A stretch of 64,000 nucleotides of DNA from Candidatus Avilachnospira sp. (GCA_045579045.1 JAZNLL010000027.1:4724-68723); one strand, 5' to 3'; shown: positions 15,989 through 26,417, numbered from the stretch's first letter. Notes: a model not told the origin generated them from the sequence alone. Made by a program: numbers and translations.

Positions 15989-16777
15989 TTACAGTTTCAA
16001 AATCTGCTCAGCGGTCTTGTATGCGATCTGTTCTTTCTGTTCATCGGTCAGCTTGAGCTGCAGGAAGACTTCAACCTCGTGCACCGGGTCCCACATGGGA
16101 TAATCGGAACCGAAGGCCATCCGCTCCGCGCCGTACAGGTTAATGTAGTTTTCGGCTTCACCCGGTGCCATAAACATCATGGAGCTGGAAATATCCATCA
16201 CGCAGGAGGTATCCTGCAGCAGTTCCCGGGCTGTCTCCGGCATGCTGTAGCCGCCAAAGTGGGCAGCGATCACATCCAGCTTCGGAAATTGTTCCATGAT
16301 CTTCCGGAGCCTTGCCGGATGGGAGTAGTCATACCGCTTGTCACCCATGTGAAGCATGACGGGAACATGCCCCGAAATTGCTTCGTACATAGGAAACAGT
16401 CTCGGATCGTCTATGGCAAAGCGTTGGGAATCGGGATGCATTTTAATTCCCTTGACCCCCAAAGCCAAAATCCGTTCCACTTCATCCATCAGCCCATCCA
16501 TGGCAGCATGTACTGTTCCAAAGGGAATAAAACAGGCATTGGCCTGTGCTCGTTGCTGAATAAAGTCGTTGATATGCTGCACCCGATCCGGACGGATGGC
16601 TACCGGCAGCACCACAAATCTGTCAATGCCGGCCTGACGGCCTCTCTCCAGAAGCAAGCCCTCTGTTCCGTCCATGGCAGGATCGCCAAGGCCTTCGTAA
16701 AATTCTTTTACGCTGGCAGAAGCCTTTTGGGCAATGTCATCGGGATAAATATGGGAGTGGATATCTATGATCTTCAT
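15989..16777 (-). CDS. Amidohydrolase-family (TIM-barrel metal-dependent hydrolase) protein
   Basis: 262 aa. N-terminal IDIHSHIYP metal-binding HxH motif, plus later HMHPD and AAHFGG. Confidence 0.7.
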   Translation of the reverse strand: MKIIDIHSHIYPDDIAQKASASVKEFYEGLGDPAMDGTEGLLLERGRQAGIDRFVVLPVAIRPDRVQHINDFIQQRAQANACFIPFGTVHAAMDGLMDEVERILALGVKGIKMHPDSQRFAIDDPRLFPMYEAISGHVPVMLHMGDKRYDYSHPARLRKIMEQFPKLDVIAAHFGGYSMPETARELLQDTSCVMDISSSMMFMAPGEAENYINLYGAERMAFGSDYPMWDPVHEVEVFLQLKLTDEQKEQIAYKTAEQILKL

Positions 16778-16899
16778 GGGAATGCCTTTCTGATGCAGGA
16801 GTTTTCAAATACCGCTATATTGTAACACAGGATTCCACCTCGCACAAGAACACATCCGTAATAATGATCCCCCGGCATAGCCCGGGGTTTTTCATAGAC

Positions 16900-17565
16900 G
16901 GGTAAAACCCTTTGTTACTAGCTTGCGCGTCTCGTCGCGCAAGTACGATCCGCCACCTGCGAAAATCTATTGCTTGCTACCCGTAAACGGGTTTAGTAAT
17001 TACCCATCGTCAACTGTTCTCCGGCCTTATCTTCATCTAACTGGTAACGGATATATTCTTCAATCTTTTTTGCATTCTTTCCAGCCGTATCCACGAAATA
17101 TCCTCTACACCAAAACTCTCTGTTGCGATATTTATACCGCAGCTCCAAACTTCTCATAGATCATTAGACTGCTTTTTCCTTTTAGGTATCCCATAAAATT
17201 CGATACTGCTACTTTCGGCGGTATCTCCACCAGCATATGTACATGGTCTGGGCACACTTCCGCTTCGATTATCCGTATCTTTTTCCATTCACATAGCGTC
17301 CTCAGTATTTTTCCTATTTCCTGCCGTTTTTCTCCATAGAATACTTTTCTCCGATACTTCGGCGCAAACACAATATGATATTTGCAATTCCAGCTTGTAT
17401 GCGATAAACTATTCATGTCATTCATCTGAATGGCCTCCCTTTGCTTTTTTATTTTGCTGTTGGCGGACCGCATCTTTATCTTAAAGCAAAGGGAGTTTTT
17501 CTGTCTACATGATCGCCATAAGGCTTCTTTTGAACCACTCGCCCAGCGAGTGGTTTTCTGCATAC
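16900..17565 (-). mobile_element. IS200/IS605-family insertion sequence (IS200-type, tnpA only), boundaries approximate
   Basis: Y1-transposase gene flanked by end hairpins: AACCACTCGC-CCAG-CGAGTGGTT (17533..17555), CTCCCTTTGCTT...AAGCAAAGGGAG (~17435..17495), CTTGCGCG-TCTCGT-CGCGCAAG (16921..16942), ACCCGTAAACGGGT (16978..16991). Confidence 0.7.
16993..17425 (-). pseudogene. tnpA: IS200-type Y1 transposase TnpA, interrupted by a frameshift
   Basis: MNDMNSLSHTSWNCKYHIVFAPKYRRKVF...HVHMLVEIPP (HUH motif) reads to a stop at 17132. The conserved C-terminus LRYKYRNREFWCRGYFVDTAGKNAKKIEEYIRYQLDEDKAGEQL continues in another frame down to 16993. The frame switch lies near 17138..17146. Confidence 0.75.
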
Positions 17566-17600
17566 AAAAAAAGAAGCCACTGTTGGTGGCGTCTTCTTTT

Positions 17601-17674
17601 TGGAGCGGGATACGGGAGTCGAACCCGCCTATGCAGCTTGGGAAGCTGCCGTTCTACCGATGAACTAATCCCGC
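17601..17674 (-). tRNA. tRNA-Gly (anticodon CCC)
   Basis: Cloverleaf folds by hand: acceptor GCGGGAU/AUCCCGC, D arm GUUC/GAAC, anticodon arm GCAGC-UUCCCAA-GCUGC, T arm GCGGG-UUCGACU-CCCGU, discriminator U, encoded CCA. A terminator hairpin follows (17567..17600). Confidence 0.9.
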
Positions 17675-17765
17675 ATTGTCCGGGTCATTTTACCATACCC
17701 TTCAGGAAAATGCAAGCACTTCGGGTCGAATACCGCCGGGGCATGTACCCCGGCGGTAAATTCCT

Positions 17766-20231
17766 TTACTGGATGGAAATGACCTTGTAGTCCTGTGCCT
17801 CCACAGCTTCTTTCAGAACGCTGTCTGCAACAGCAGTCTTCAGTGTCACCACAGCAGTACCGCTTTCGTGGCTGACCTCAGCCAGTTCCACAGCTTCCAG
17901 TGCTTCCAGAGCCTTCTTCACGCGAGCTTCGCAATGGCCGCACATAATGCCTTCAATGTTCATGGTCTTTGTCATAACTTTCTTCTCCTTTTTATGTTTT
18001 CTTTTATGGTCGTGACTTCCGTCATGGATCTTCAGCAAATTGAGCCGCAGGGCATTGGACACCACACAGAAGCTGGACAGGCTCATGGCCGCCGCACCAA
18101 ACATGGGGTTCAGTTCCCAGCCCAGCCAGCCGATGAATACACCGGCTGCCAGAGGAATTCCAATGACATTATAGAAAAATGCCCAGAAGAGATTTTCATG
18201 GATGTTCCGCAGTGTTCCGCGGCTGAGGCGAATGGCCGCAGGCACGTCGGCAAGACTGTTTTTCATCAGCACCACATCGGCGGCATCCACCGCCACATCA
18301 GCTCCGGCACCGATGGCAATACCGATATCTGCCCGGGTCAGTGCCGGTGCATCATTGATGCCGTCACCTACCATAGCGACCTTGCCCTGCTGTTTCAGAT
18401 CCCGAATGACCTGTTCCTTACCCTCCGGCAGGACACCTGCCACCACCTCCCGGATACCGGCCTCTCCGGCGATGGCTTTTGCCGTCCTTTCGTTGTCGCC
18501 AGTTAACATAACAACTTTAATTCCCATGTTCTGTAACTCTTTGACTGCTTGAGGACTATCTGATTTTATGGTATCTGCCACAGCAATGATGCCCAGAAGC
18601 TGTCCGTTTCGACTGAAAAACAGCGGTGTTTTTCCCATTTCTGCCAGTTTTTCCGCCTGCATCTTCACTTCAGCAGAAACCTCCGCCTGCTGAGCGATAT
18701 AAGCCAGATTGCCACCGCACAACTGTGCACCGTCCAGTTTGGCTTCCAGACCGTTACCGGGCAGAATACGGAAATCTGTGACCTCCGCAGGTATTTTTTC
18801 CCAACGGGCAAGAACAGCCTTTGCCAAGGGATGCTCACTCTTTGCCTCCAATGCAGCAGCGAGAGACAGAAGTTCCTCTTCTGTGCAGCCCACAGGCAGA
18901 ATATCCGTCACCTTAGGCTCTCCGGCGGTGATGGTACCGGTCTTGTCCAGAACCACCAGATCCACCCGACCTGTCTCTTCCAGAGAAACAGCAGTCTTGA
19001 ACAGAATGCCGTTTTTCGCACCCAGACCGCTGCCCACCATAATGGCAACCGGTGTGGCAAGTCCCAGAGCACAGGGGCAGCTGATGACCAGAACGGAAAT
19101 GCCTCTTGCCAATGCATAGCCAAAGGTCTGTCCAGTCAAAAGCCAGATGACGACCGTCACTGCTGCAATGCCCAATACCACCGGCACAAACACACCGGAG
19201 ACCTTGTCCGCCACTTTGGCAATGGGAGCTTTGGTGGCAGCGGCATCAGAGACCATACGGATGATCTGAGAAAGGGTCGTATCTTCACCCACACGGGTGG
19301 CACGGCATTTGAGGAAGCCCTGCAGGTTGGAAGTGGCAGCAGAAACGCCGTCCCCTTCTGCCTTATCCACAGGGATGCTCTCACCGGTAAGGGCAGCTTC
19401 ATTGACAGAACTCTGTCCCTCCACTACCACGCCGTCCACAGGAACATTCTCACCGGGGCGGACCACAAAGATATCACCCTGAATCACCTGCTCGATGGGG
19501 ATCTCCGTTTCCATGCCATTTCGGATAACCACTGCCGTCTTGGGAGACAGCTTCATGAGGCTTTGGAGAGCATCGGTGGTCTTGCCCTTAGAATGGGCTT
19601 CCAGCATCTTACCCACGGTAATAAGGGTCAGAATCATGGCAGCGGATTCAAAATACAGATCATGGCAATATTCCATTGCCACCGCCGCATCCACAGCCGT
19701 CATAGCATAGAGCCGAACGGTACTGTAACCGAAAGCAGCAGCAGCGCCCAGTGCCACCAGCGTATCCATATTGGGTGCGCCGTGAAGCAGTCCCTTGGTG
19801 CCGGAAATAAAGAACTTCTGATTGATGACCATGACCGCAGCTGTCAGCAGCAGTTGGGACAAGCCCAAAGCCACGGGATTTTCTGCAAGAAATGCCGGCA
19901 GAGGCCAATGCCACATGGTATGACCCATGGAAATATACATCAACACCAACAAAAATCCCAAAGAACTAAACAGCCGTTTCTTCATTTTCGGTGTTTCTTC
20001 ATCTTTGATTTCTTTCTTTTCCACAGGCTTCACAGCACCCTTGAGAGATGCACCATAGCCTGCATTCTCCACCGCACGGAGGATGGCTTCCTCGCTGCCG
20101 CCTTCCACACCCATGGAATTGGTCAGCAAATTTACAGAGCAAGCTGTGACACCTTCCACGGCAGAGACCGCCTTCTCCACACGGGCAGAGCAGGCAGCAC
20201 AGCTCATACCTGACACATCGAATTGACGCAT
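17766..20231 (-). CDS. copA: Copper-translocating P1B-type ATPase with N-terminal and C-terminal HMA domains
   Basis: 821 aa. N-terminal [17 protein letters not shown] in [24 protein letters not shown]. An extra in-frame C-terminal [23 protein letters not shown] domain. Confidence 0.9.
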   Translation of the reverse strand: MRQFDVSGMSCAACSARVEKAVSAVEGVTACSVNLLTNSMGVEGGSEEAILRAVENAGYGASLKGAVKPVEKKEIKDEETPKMKKRLFSSLGFLLVLMYISMGHTMWHWPLPAFLAENPVALGLSQLLLTAAVMVINQKFFISGTKGLLHGAPNMDTLVALGAAAAFGYSTVRLYAMTAVDAAVAMEYCHDLYFESAAMILTLITVGKMLEAHSKGKTTDALQSLMKLSPKTAVVIRNGMETEIPIEQVIQGDIFVVRPGENVPVDGVVVEGQSSVNEAALTGESIPVDKAEGDGVSAATSNLQGFLKCRATRVGEDTTLSQIIRMVSDAAATKAPIAKVADKVSGVFVPVVLGIAAVTVVIWLLTGQTFGYALARGISVLVISCPCALGLATPVAIMVGSGLGAKNGILFKTAVSLEETGRVDLVVLDKTGTITAGEPKVTDILPVGCTEEELLSLAAALEAKSEHPLAKAVLARWEKIPAEVTDFRILPGNGLEAKLDGAQLCGGNLAYIAQQAEVSAEVKMQAEKLAEMGKTPLFFSRNGQLLGIIAVADTIKSDSPQAVKELQNMGIKVVMLTGDNERTAKAIAGEAGIREVVAGVLPEGKEQVIRDLKQQGKVAMVGDGINDAPALTRADIGIAIGAGADVAVDAADVVLMKNSLADVPAAIRLSRGTLRNIHENLFWAFFYNVIGIPLAAGVFIGWLGWELNPMFGAAAMSLSSFCVVSNALRLNLLKIHDGSHDHKRKHKKEKKVMTKTMNIEGIMCGHCEARVKKALEALEAVELAEVSHESGTAVVTLKTAVADSVLKEAVEAQDYKVISIQ

Positions 20232-20242
20232 AGACGTCCCTC

Positions 20243-20533
20243 CTATTTCATCAGTTTCTGCAGGGTCTGCACCAGTTCGTCAATGACGCTGTCATCCCCT
20301 GCCCGCAAGTCTCGTGCAACACAGTGGTGCATATGACCGGCGATCAATTCCCGATTAAATGCATTGATGGCAGCTGATACCGCAGCGGACTGCACCAGAA
20401 TATCATTACAGTAGGCATCGCTTTCCAGCATGGAGCGGATACCTCTGATCTGCCCTTCGATTCGGTTGAGTCGATTGACCAGTTTTTTCTGTTCCTCCGG
20501 TTCCCGAAGGGTCTTTTTGCAGCATTCTCCCAT
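20243..20533 (-). CDS. csoR: CsoR-family copper-sensing transcriptional repressor
   Basis: ORF trimmed to ATG 20533 (MGECCKK) 8 nt after [22 protein letters not shown]...C...H..HC signature. Confidence 0.85.
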   Translation of the reverse strand: MGECCKKTLREPEEQKKLVNRLNRIEGQIRGIRSMLESDAYCNDILVQSAAVSAAINAFNRELIAGHMHHCVARDLRAGDDSVIDELVQTLQKLMK

Positions 20534-20562
20534 TGAGAACACCTCCTGTCTTTGGCTTCATT

Positions 20563-20583
20563 ATATACCCCCATGGGGTATAT
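20563..20583. promoter_or_regulatory. Putative CsoR operator
   Basis: ATATACCCC-CAT-GGGGTATAT, 9-bp inverted arms of the GC-tract type bound by CsoR, lying between csoR-copA and the divergent trmO. Confidence 0.7.
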
Positions 20584-20635
20584 GTCAATAAGGAAAAAGA
20601 TGCTAAAATATTTCAAAGCACAAAAGGAGTTTACT

Positions 20636-21313
20636 ATGGAATTTCAACCCATTGCACATATTCATAACGATTACACCGCCAAATTCGGCATTCCCCGTCA
20701 GAGTGGACTGGTGGAGCAAGTGGAAAGCACTATCGTTTTCACGCCCCCTTACCGCAATGAAGATGCGCTTCGTGGTCTGGAGGGTTGGTCTCATCTCTGG
20801 CTGGTGTGGCTCTTTTCCGAATCCATCCGTGAAAACTGGTCCCCCACTGTCCTGCCGCCCCGACTGGGCGGCAAGACCCGTATGGGTGTCTTTGCCACAC
20901 GTTCCCCGTTCCGTCCCAATCCCATCGGTCTTTCCTCTGTGAAGCTGCTGGGCGTGGATCTGCACACACCGGACGGGCCCATCATCCGTGTGGCAGGGGC
21001 AGATCTCATGGACGGCACTCCCATTCTGGACATCAAGCCCTATCTTCCCTATACAGACAGCCATCCCGATGCCACCGGCGGTTTTGCCGAGCCGGTTCGG
21101 GAATACGCTTTAGAGGTTGTCTTCCCTGAGGAGTGGAAAGCCATGGTACCCCAGCGACTTATGGAGCCTGTGTTGGGCTTGCTGGCGCAGGACCCCCGTC
21201 CCTCCTATCAGAACGATCCGGAACGGGTCTACGGCGTAGCCTTCGGCGGCTATGACTTCCGTTTCCGAGTCAACGAAGGCGTTCTGACTGTCTGCGAAGT
21301 AGAAAAACTATGA
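20636..21313 (+). CDS. trmO: tRNA (N6-threonylcarbamoyladenosine(37)-N6)-methyltransferase TrmO/TsaA family
   Basis: ORF trimmed to ATG 20636 after AAGGAG. IAHIHNDYTAKFGIPRQSG...ATRSPFRPNPIGLS...GTPILDIKPY are TsaA-family hallmarks. Confidence 0.8.
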   Translation: MEFQPIAHIHNDYTAKFGIPRQSGLVEQVESTIVFTPPYRNEDALRGLEGWSHLWLVWLFSESIRENWSPTVLPPRLGGKTRMGVFATRSPFRPNPIGLSSVKLLGVDLHTPDGPIIRVAGADLMDGTPILDIKPYLPYTDSHPDATGGFAEPVREYALEVVFPEEWKAMVPQRLMEPVLGLLAQDPRPSYQNDPERVYGVAFGGYDFRFRVNEGVLTVCEVEKL

Positions 21314-21345
21314 GAAAAACGCACCCGGTTGGGTGCGGTTTTTGC

Positions 21346-22989
21346 TTATTCCGTTACATATTCATCCCACATATCTTCAGATGGGGTTTCTTCCTCTGCA
21401 GGCGGTTCTTCCTCTACCAGTTCCGGACCGACGATATACTCCGCATCATACTTGTCATAGACGCTGATATCGCACTTTTCCTTTCGCAGGAAGTTGCCCT
21501 CCAGATCGTAGAAATTTTTGTAGCTCCAGTAGGTGTAGCCCGTATGAGGCTCCTGTACCAGTTCCCGATAGCCGGCAGGCTTGGTCTCATCCAGAGTCTC
21601 AATTTCTTCATAGGGCGTAGTGGCAGTCAGTTCATAGGTCATTTTGACCGTGTAGTCATGCTCGTTGGTACCCACCAGGCTGACACTGACCACACCGTTA
21701 TTGACGGCTGCATTGACCATGACCGGGGTCTCATTGGTATTGCGGAACTGGAAGTCCAGCGCACCCCAGTAGACCGTGGCATCCATACCGGGGTCCACAT
21801 AGGTCACCACATACATATGGGGTTCCCGCTCAATAATTTGGAAATCCGCCATGAGGGTGCAATAGTAGATCATGGAAGCGATCTGGCAGATGCCGCCGCC
21901 CACTTCGGATTCGCTGGCACCGTCATTGGCATAGATGATGCCTTCCTTGTAGCCCTTTTCGGCAGTTCTCTGACCGACAATATCATTGAAAGAGAAGATC
22001 TCGTTAGGCTGCAGCACCGTTCCGTTGATGGCCTCACAGGCCAGACGGAGGTTGGTGGTGCGATTGGCATTGCCCGTATAGGCAATGGAGTAGGAAGCCA
22101 GGGTATCGGCATAGAATTTCTGCTTATACTCTTCCAGGGTGATTTCCGGTTCCAGCACCTTCAAAGGAATCTCAATGACAGAACCTTCCTCTGCCAGTGC
22201 CAGCTGCTGATTGACAGCCATGAGATCAAAGCCAAAGCCTTCGATTTCCTCTACGATGGTGCGAGTGGTCTTATCGTAGTAGGCATTTCGGGCAGGCTTG
22301 CAGTATTTGTTGTAATAGCTCTGCAGGTCCACAATATCATAGGGAACCAGATCATAAGAGAACTCAATATCCGACAGGTCTCCGGACTCGTAGGCCTTCA
22401 TCACCAGTTCAAAGAGCTTCTCCGTATCCAGACTGCGTCCGTTTTTACCCAGTTCAATGGTAATGACTTCCGCATCCTCATCCATGGAAACTTCCGACTG
22501 AGTCATCTCCTGTGCCACATCTCCGGCCGTCTTGTCGATCAGCTCCCGGATGTATTCCGTGTCCACGCTGAGGAAATCGCCCATGTCCAGAATGTAGGCA
22601 GATTCTTTGCACTTGATATAGGTAGAAAGGACCTTAAACGCACCGCCCTCTCTGCCGTAGGACAGGGCAGCCTCCACCATGGAGTCAGCATCCAGCGGAG
22701 AGTTTGCCAGTTCCGGATCAAAAACCAGTTTCCTGTCAGGCAACTGAACGGTCAGGGTTCTGGTCGCATGGGTGTCGGCCAGACTGGTCTCCAGTGCCTG
22801 AGCCGCCTCTTCTGCTTTCATGCCGCCGATATTCACACCGGAAACGCAAACATTGGGAAACACCGTATCCATGTTTTTCAGATGCAGCCCCCAGAAGAAC
22901 ACGCCAAGGAACACCGCAACCGCCACAGAGACTGCGGCAATTCCGGCAATCAGCAAAACTTTTTTTGATTTTTTCTCACTGTTGCCCAC
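21346..22989 (-). CDS. VanW-family protein with N-terminal membrane anchor
   Basis: ORF trimmed to GTG 22989, 7 nt after AGGAGG. TM segment VLLIAGIAAVSVAVAVFLGVFFW. C-terminal VanW core GGGICQIASMIYYCTL...DATVYWG. Confidence 0.75.
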   Translation of the reverse strand: MGNSEKKSKKVLLIAGIAAVSVAVAVFLGVFFWGLHLKNMDTVFPNVCVSGVNIGGMKAEEAAQALETSLADTHATRTLTVQLPDRKLVFDPELANSPLDADSMVEAALSYGREGGAFKVLSTYIKCKESAYILDMGDFLSVDTEYIRELIDKTAGDVAQEMTQSEVSMDEDAEVITIELGKNGRSLDTEKLFELVMKAYESGDLSDIEFSYDLVPYDIVDLQSYYNKYCKPARNAYYDKTTRTIVEEIEGFGFDLMAVNQQLALAEEGSVIEIPLKVLEPEITLEEYKQKFYADTLASYSIAYTGNANRTTNLRLACEAINGTVLQPNEIFSFNDIVGQRTAEKGYKEGIIYANDGASESEVGGGICQIASMIYYCTLMADFQIIEREPHMYVVTYVDPGMDATVYWGALDFQFRNTNETPVMVNAAVNNGVVSVSLVGTNEHDYTVKMTYELTATTPYEEIETLDETKPAGYRELVQEPHTGYTYWSYKNFYDLEGNFLRKEKCDISVYDKYDAEYIVGPELVEEEPPAEEETPSEDMWDEYVTE

Positions 22990-23165
22990 AGTTTCCCCTC
23001 CTTTGCAAAGTAGTACATCATCAGTATATCCCAAAGGCATGACACATTGCAACAACATTTGAGAGTCAATTCTATGTCAATTCGTTACAACCCGGAATTT
23101 TTCAAAACTGTTTGTCAATGGCTTTCTCCTATGGTATAATATTCAAAAAACTTTGGAGGTTCTCC

Positions 23166-23642
23166 ATGCTTTATGCCGCATTGACGGTTTTTGCCGCACT
23201 CATCGTGGCGGCAGACCAGTTTTCCAAATATCTGACCGTGACCAACATTCCTCTGGGCGGAAAAGTCCCGGTTATTGACTGGCTGTTTCAGCTGACCTAT
23301 ATCCAGAACGATGGCATGGCTTTTTCCATGCTCCGTGGCGGACGCTGGTTTTTTCTGGTGGTGACGGTTTTCGCACTGGCGCTGATTGTGCTGGCGATCG
23401 CCAAAAAATGGGTCAATCACCCCACAGGTCTGTGGGCTTTGGCTTCCATCGCCGGCGGTGCCGTTGGCAATCTCATTGACCGTGTCCGTTTTGGGTACGT
23501 CATCGACATGATCGAAGTGACCTTTATGGAGTTTGCCGTATTCAATGTGGCCGACTGCTTTGTGGTCTGCGGTGCCATTTTGCTGGTCATTTATGTCTTT
23601 TTCTTCGACAAAAAGGAGGAAAAACATGATCCTGCTGGCTGA
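23166..23642 (+). CDS. lspA: Lipoprotein signal peptidase II
   Basis: ORF trimmed to ATG 23166 after GGAGG. QFSKYL, IQNDGMAFSM, GNLIDR, FNVAD motifs. Confidence 0.85.
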   Translation: MLYAALTVFAALIVAADQFSKYLTVTNIPLGGKVPVIDWLFQLTYIQNDGMAFSMLRGGRWFFLVVTVFALALIVLAIAKKWVNHPTGLWALASIAGGAVGNLIDRVRFGYVIDMIEVTFMEFAVFNVADCFVVCGAILLVIYVFFFDKKEEKHDPAG

Positions 23643-24525
23643 TAAAAACGGGGAGCGTGCCGATGCCGCTCTGGCACGACTGTGCCCGGAGCTGAGCCGA
23701 AGTGCTGCCCAGAATCTTCTGGAAGAAGGTCTCGTGACCCGAAACGGCAAGCCCGTCAAGAAAAACGAAAAACTGAATGAAGGCGATGAACTGGAGTTTA
23801 ACCTGCCCGAAGCAGAGGAAGTGGACATTCAGCCGGAGGATATCCCTCTGGATATTGTCTATGAAGATGACGACGTCCTGGTCATCAACAAGCCTAAGGG
23901 TCTGGTCGTGCATCCTGCAGCCGGTCATTGGTCCGGAACGCTGGTCAATGCCCTGATGTTCCATTGCAAGGACCGACTTTCCGGGATCAACGGTCAGCTC
24001 CGCCCCGGAATCGTCCACCGCATCGACATGGATACCTCCGGTCTGCTGATCGTGGCAAAAAATGATTTTGTCCATCAGTCTCTGGCCGAGCAGCTGCAGG
24101 ATCATTCCCTGTCCAGAACCTATGTCTGTATCGTTGTGGGCGGCATCAAAGAAGACAGCGGCACCATCGATGCCCCCATCGGCCGCCACCCCACCGACCG
24201 CAAGAAAATGGCAGTCACAGAGAAAAACAGTAAAAACGCCATCACCCATTGGCAGGTGCTGGAACGTTTCTCTGGCTATACCATGCTGCAATGCAAACTG
24301 GAAACGGGACGCACCCACCAGATTCGTGTCCACCTTTCCTGGCGCAATCATCCCATTTTGGGCGATACGGTCTATGGCTCGAAAAAACCGGAGCTGGGGC
24401 AGCACAGCCAATGCCTCCATGCAAGGGAGCTGACCTTCCGCCATCCCCGTACCGGCGAAGCTGTCACCGTCTCCTGTCCCCTGCCGGATTATTTTGAAGA
24501 CGTACTGAAAAAGTTGAGAAAATAA
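23626..24525 (+). CDS. rluD: RluA/RluD-family 23S rRNA pseudouridine synthase
   Basis: ORF trimmed to ATG 23626 after AGGAGG. S4-like N-terminus, HRIDMDTSGLL catalytic motif, GRTHQIRVHL. Confidence 0.85.
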   Translation: MILLADKNGERADAALARLCPELSRSAAQNLLEEGLVTRNGKPVKKNEKLNEGDELEFNLPEAEEVDIQPEDIPLDIVYEDDDVLVINKPKGLVVHPAAGHWSGTLVNALMFHCKDRLSGINGQLRPGIVHRIDMDTSGLLIVAKNDFVHQSLAEQLQDHSLSRTYVCIVVGGIKEDSGTIDAPIGRHPTDRKKMAVTEKNSKNAITHWQVLERFSGYTMLQCKLETGRTHQIRVHLSWRNHPILGDTVYGSKKPELGQHSQCLHARELTFRHPRTGEAVTVSCPLPDYFEDVLKKLRK

Positions 24526-24537
24526 GAGGTGAGGCTC

Positions 24538-25503
24538 ATGGTTTCAGTAATCACTCCCGTTTACAATCGGGAACTTTACATCGAAGAATGCGTTCAATCT
24601 GTTCTTAAGCAGAGTTATCAGGATTTTGAAGTTATCCTCGTTGATGACGGTTCCACAGATAAAACCCTTGAAATCTGCCGCAAACTAGCCTCTGAGGACA
24701 AACGAATTCGGCTTTTATCCGGCAAACACCAAGGTGTATCCGCCGCAAGAAACATCGCAGTGAATGCTGCCGCAGGAGAATACATTTTCTTTCTTGACAG
24801 CGATGATGTAATTCATCCCATGCTTTTGGAAACGCTGATTCATGCCGCCCGTTCCCACAATGCAGCCATTGCAGCAACAGATGTTGCCCGTTCCGGCAAG
24901 TCAAACTGGCACAGAGTATCCGAGGCAATGCAGAAAAGCTGTACCTTGGGTGAATTCGATTTCAAAAACGAGGCTGAAACGCTCCGTGGACTGATGTTTG
25001 GCGGTACCGCAATTTCCTGTATCGGCGGTGTCATGTTCCGCCGTGATTTGATTGGTGATACCCGGTTCCGTACAGATCTTCACATTGGCGAAGACTATTA
25101 TTTCATCTACCAGAACATCATAAAAGGTGCTTCTGCTGCTTTCCTGAAACCCAAATGGTACTACGTACGGGTTCATGATCAAAACATTTCCTGGGATTAT
25201 GCATATTCCGGTTTCTGGACGCGCTTTTATCGCCGGAAGTTGGTTTGGGAGCAGGAGGAAGCTTTTGGCAGGGCAGAGCATGCCACCATTCAGAAACGGG
25301 ATGCATTTTCCTGTTTTACCACCTGTGTCCGCAAAAACAAACCATATAGCAAAGACAGTATCGCAATGCGCCGGGTCGTACAAGCGCACAAAAAAGCAAT
25401 CTTCCCTGCATTGACCAGAAACGGAAAGATTGCCTACTTCCTGTATGTATATCTTCCCGCCTTCACCCATCTACTGTATAAGGTAAAGGATAAAAAGAAA
25501 TGA
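24538..25503 (+). CDS. Family 2 glycosyltransferase
   Basis: VSVITPVYNRELYIEECVQSVLKQSY..FEVILVDDGSTD..., DSDD motif. Confidence 0.8.
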   Translation: MVSVITPVYNRELYIEECVQSVLKQSYQDFEVILVDDGSTDKTLEICRKLASEDKRIRLLSGKHQGVSAARNIAVNAAAGEYIFFLDSDDVIHPMLLETLIHAARSHNAAIAATDVARSGKSNWHRVSEAMQKSCTLGEFDFKNEAETLRGLMFGGTAISCIGGVMFRRDLIGDTRFRTDLHIGEDYYFIYQNIIKGASAAFLKPKWYYVRVHDQNISWDYAYSGFWTRFYRRKLVWEQEEAFGRAEHATIQKRDAFSCFTTCVRKNKPYSKDSIAMRRVVQAHKKAIFPALTRNGKIAYFLYVYLPAFTHLLYKVKDKKK

Positions 25504-26297
25504 AAGACATGCTCCTGCCGTTTTTGAATATGCCTCTGGACAGCGCTGATGCTGTTCTGGAGAAATTTGCCGCTTTACCCGGTGCCATCGTCGGCAAGGG
25601 AGAAAAAACCTTGCAGCGATATGTCTGCATCCCCGGCAGCAGAAAGGATCGGGTGGTCTTGGTCGCCCATACGGACACCGTCTGGGATCAAGCCTATCAA
25701 AAGCCCTTTTCCGGAGATCGATCTGTCATCTTCGAGGACGGTATCTTCCGCAGTGCCAATGCAGATTGCGGCATCGGCGGTGACTGCCGTGCCGGCTGTG
25801 CCATGCTCTGGGCGCTGAAAGACTGTGGTCACACGCTCCTTCTCGTCGACGGTGAAGAACACGGCAAACACGGTGCAAAGTATCTGAAAAAATCCAACCC
25901 CCGGCTGTTCCGGGAATTGAACCGCCATCGCTATATGATCGAATTCGATTGGCGAGGCACCGATGGCTGTCTGTTCAATCAGGTAGACAATACCAAAACA
26001 TTCAAAAAATACATTGAAGAAGATCTGGGCTTCCCGGACAGCAAAAAGGATGGCGGCTGCGACCTGCAGGTTCTCTGCCGCCGCATCTGCGGTGTCAATC
26101 TGGGTGTGGGCTATCACTTCTGCCACACCCCCAAGGAATCCGTCGTCCTCTCCGAATGGGAAAATACCCTGCAAAAAGCAAGGGCATTTCTGGCTCAGCC
26201 GCAAAAGCGGTATCCCTGTCTGTTCTTCCCCTTCTATATACGATATGCCAAAGCCGGCTGCAGAAAAATTTTTCGTATATTAAAACTAAAAAAATAA
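25500..26297 (+). CDS. Hypothetical protein, possible M20/M28-like metallopeptidase fold
   Basis: Order of putative ligands AHTDT ... GGD ... DGEEHG ... H resembles co-catalytic zinc peptidases. Weak call. Confidence 0.35.
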   Translation: MKDMLLPFLNMPLDSADAVLEKFAALPGAIVGKGEKTLQRYVCIPGSRKDRVVLVAHTDTVWDQAYQKPFSGDRSVIFEDGIFRSANADCGIGGDCRAGCAMLWALKDCGHTLLLVDGEEHGKHGAKYLKKSNPRLFRELNRHRYMIEFDWRGTDGCLFNQVDNTKTFKKYIEEDLGFPDSKKDGGCDLQVLCRRICGVNLGVGYHFCHTPKESVVLSEWENTLQKARAFLAQPQKRYPCLFFPFYIRYAKAGCRKIFRILKLKK

Positions 26298-26326
26298 GAA
26301 CTGCCTGCGGCAGTTCTTATTTTTTA
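26297..26326. terminator. Bidirectional terminator
   Basis: AGAACTGCC-TGC-GGCAGTTCT followed by T-run. It overlaps the out-of-frame 3' end of the CarD-like gene. Confidence 0.7.
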
Positions 26327-26417
26327 ATTCTACTTGCAATATAAGCCGAAACTTCCTTTTCCGAAATCTGCAGGGCATAGGCAAATTCTTCACAGACCAG
26401 CCGCTCTGCAGAGGCCA

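Noticed and set aside
17601-21313. tRNA-Gly + IS200 + copper resistance as a genomic island.
   Set aside because: There is no integrase, no flanking direct repeat of the tRNA 3' end, and no visible composition shift. csoR-copA with its operator looks like core chromosome.
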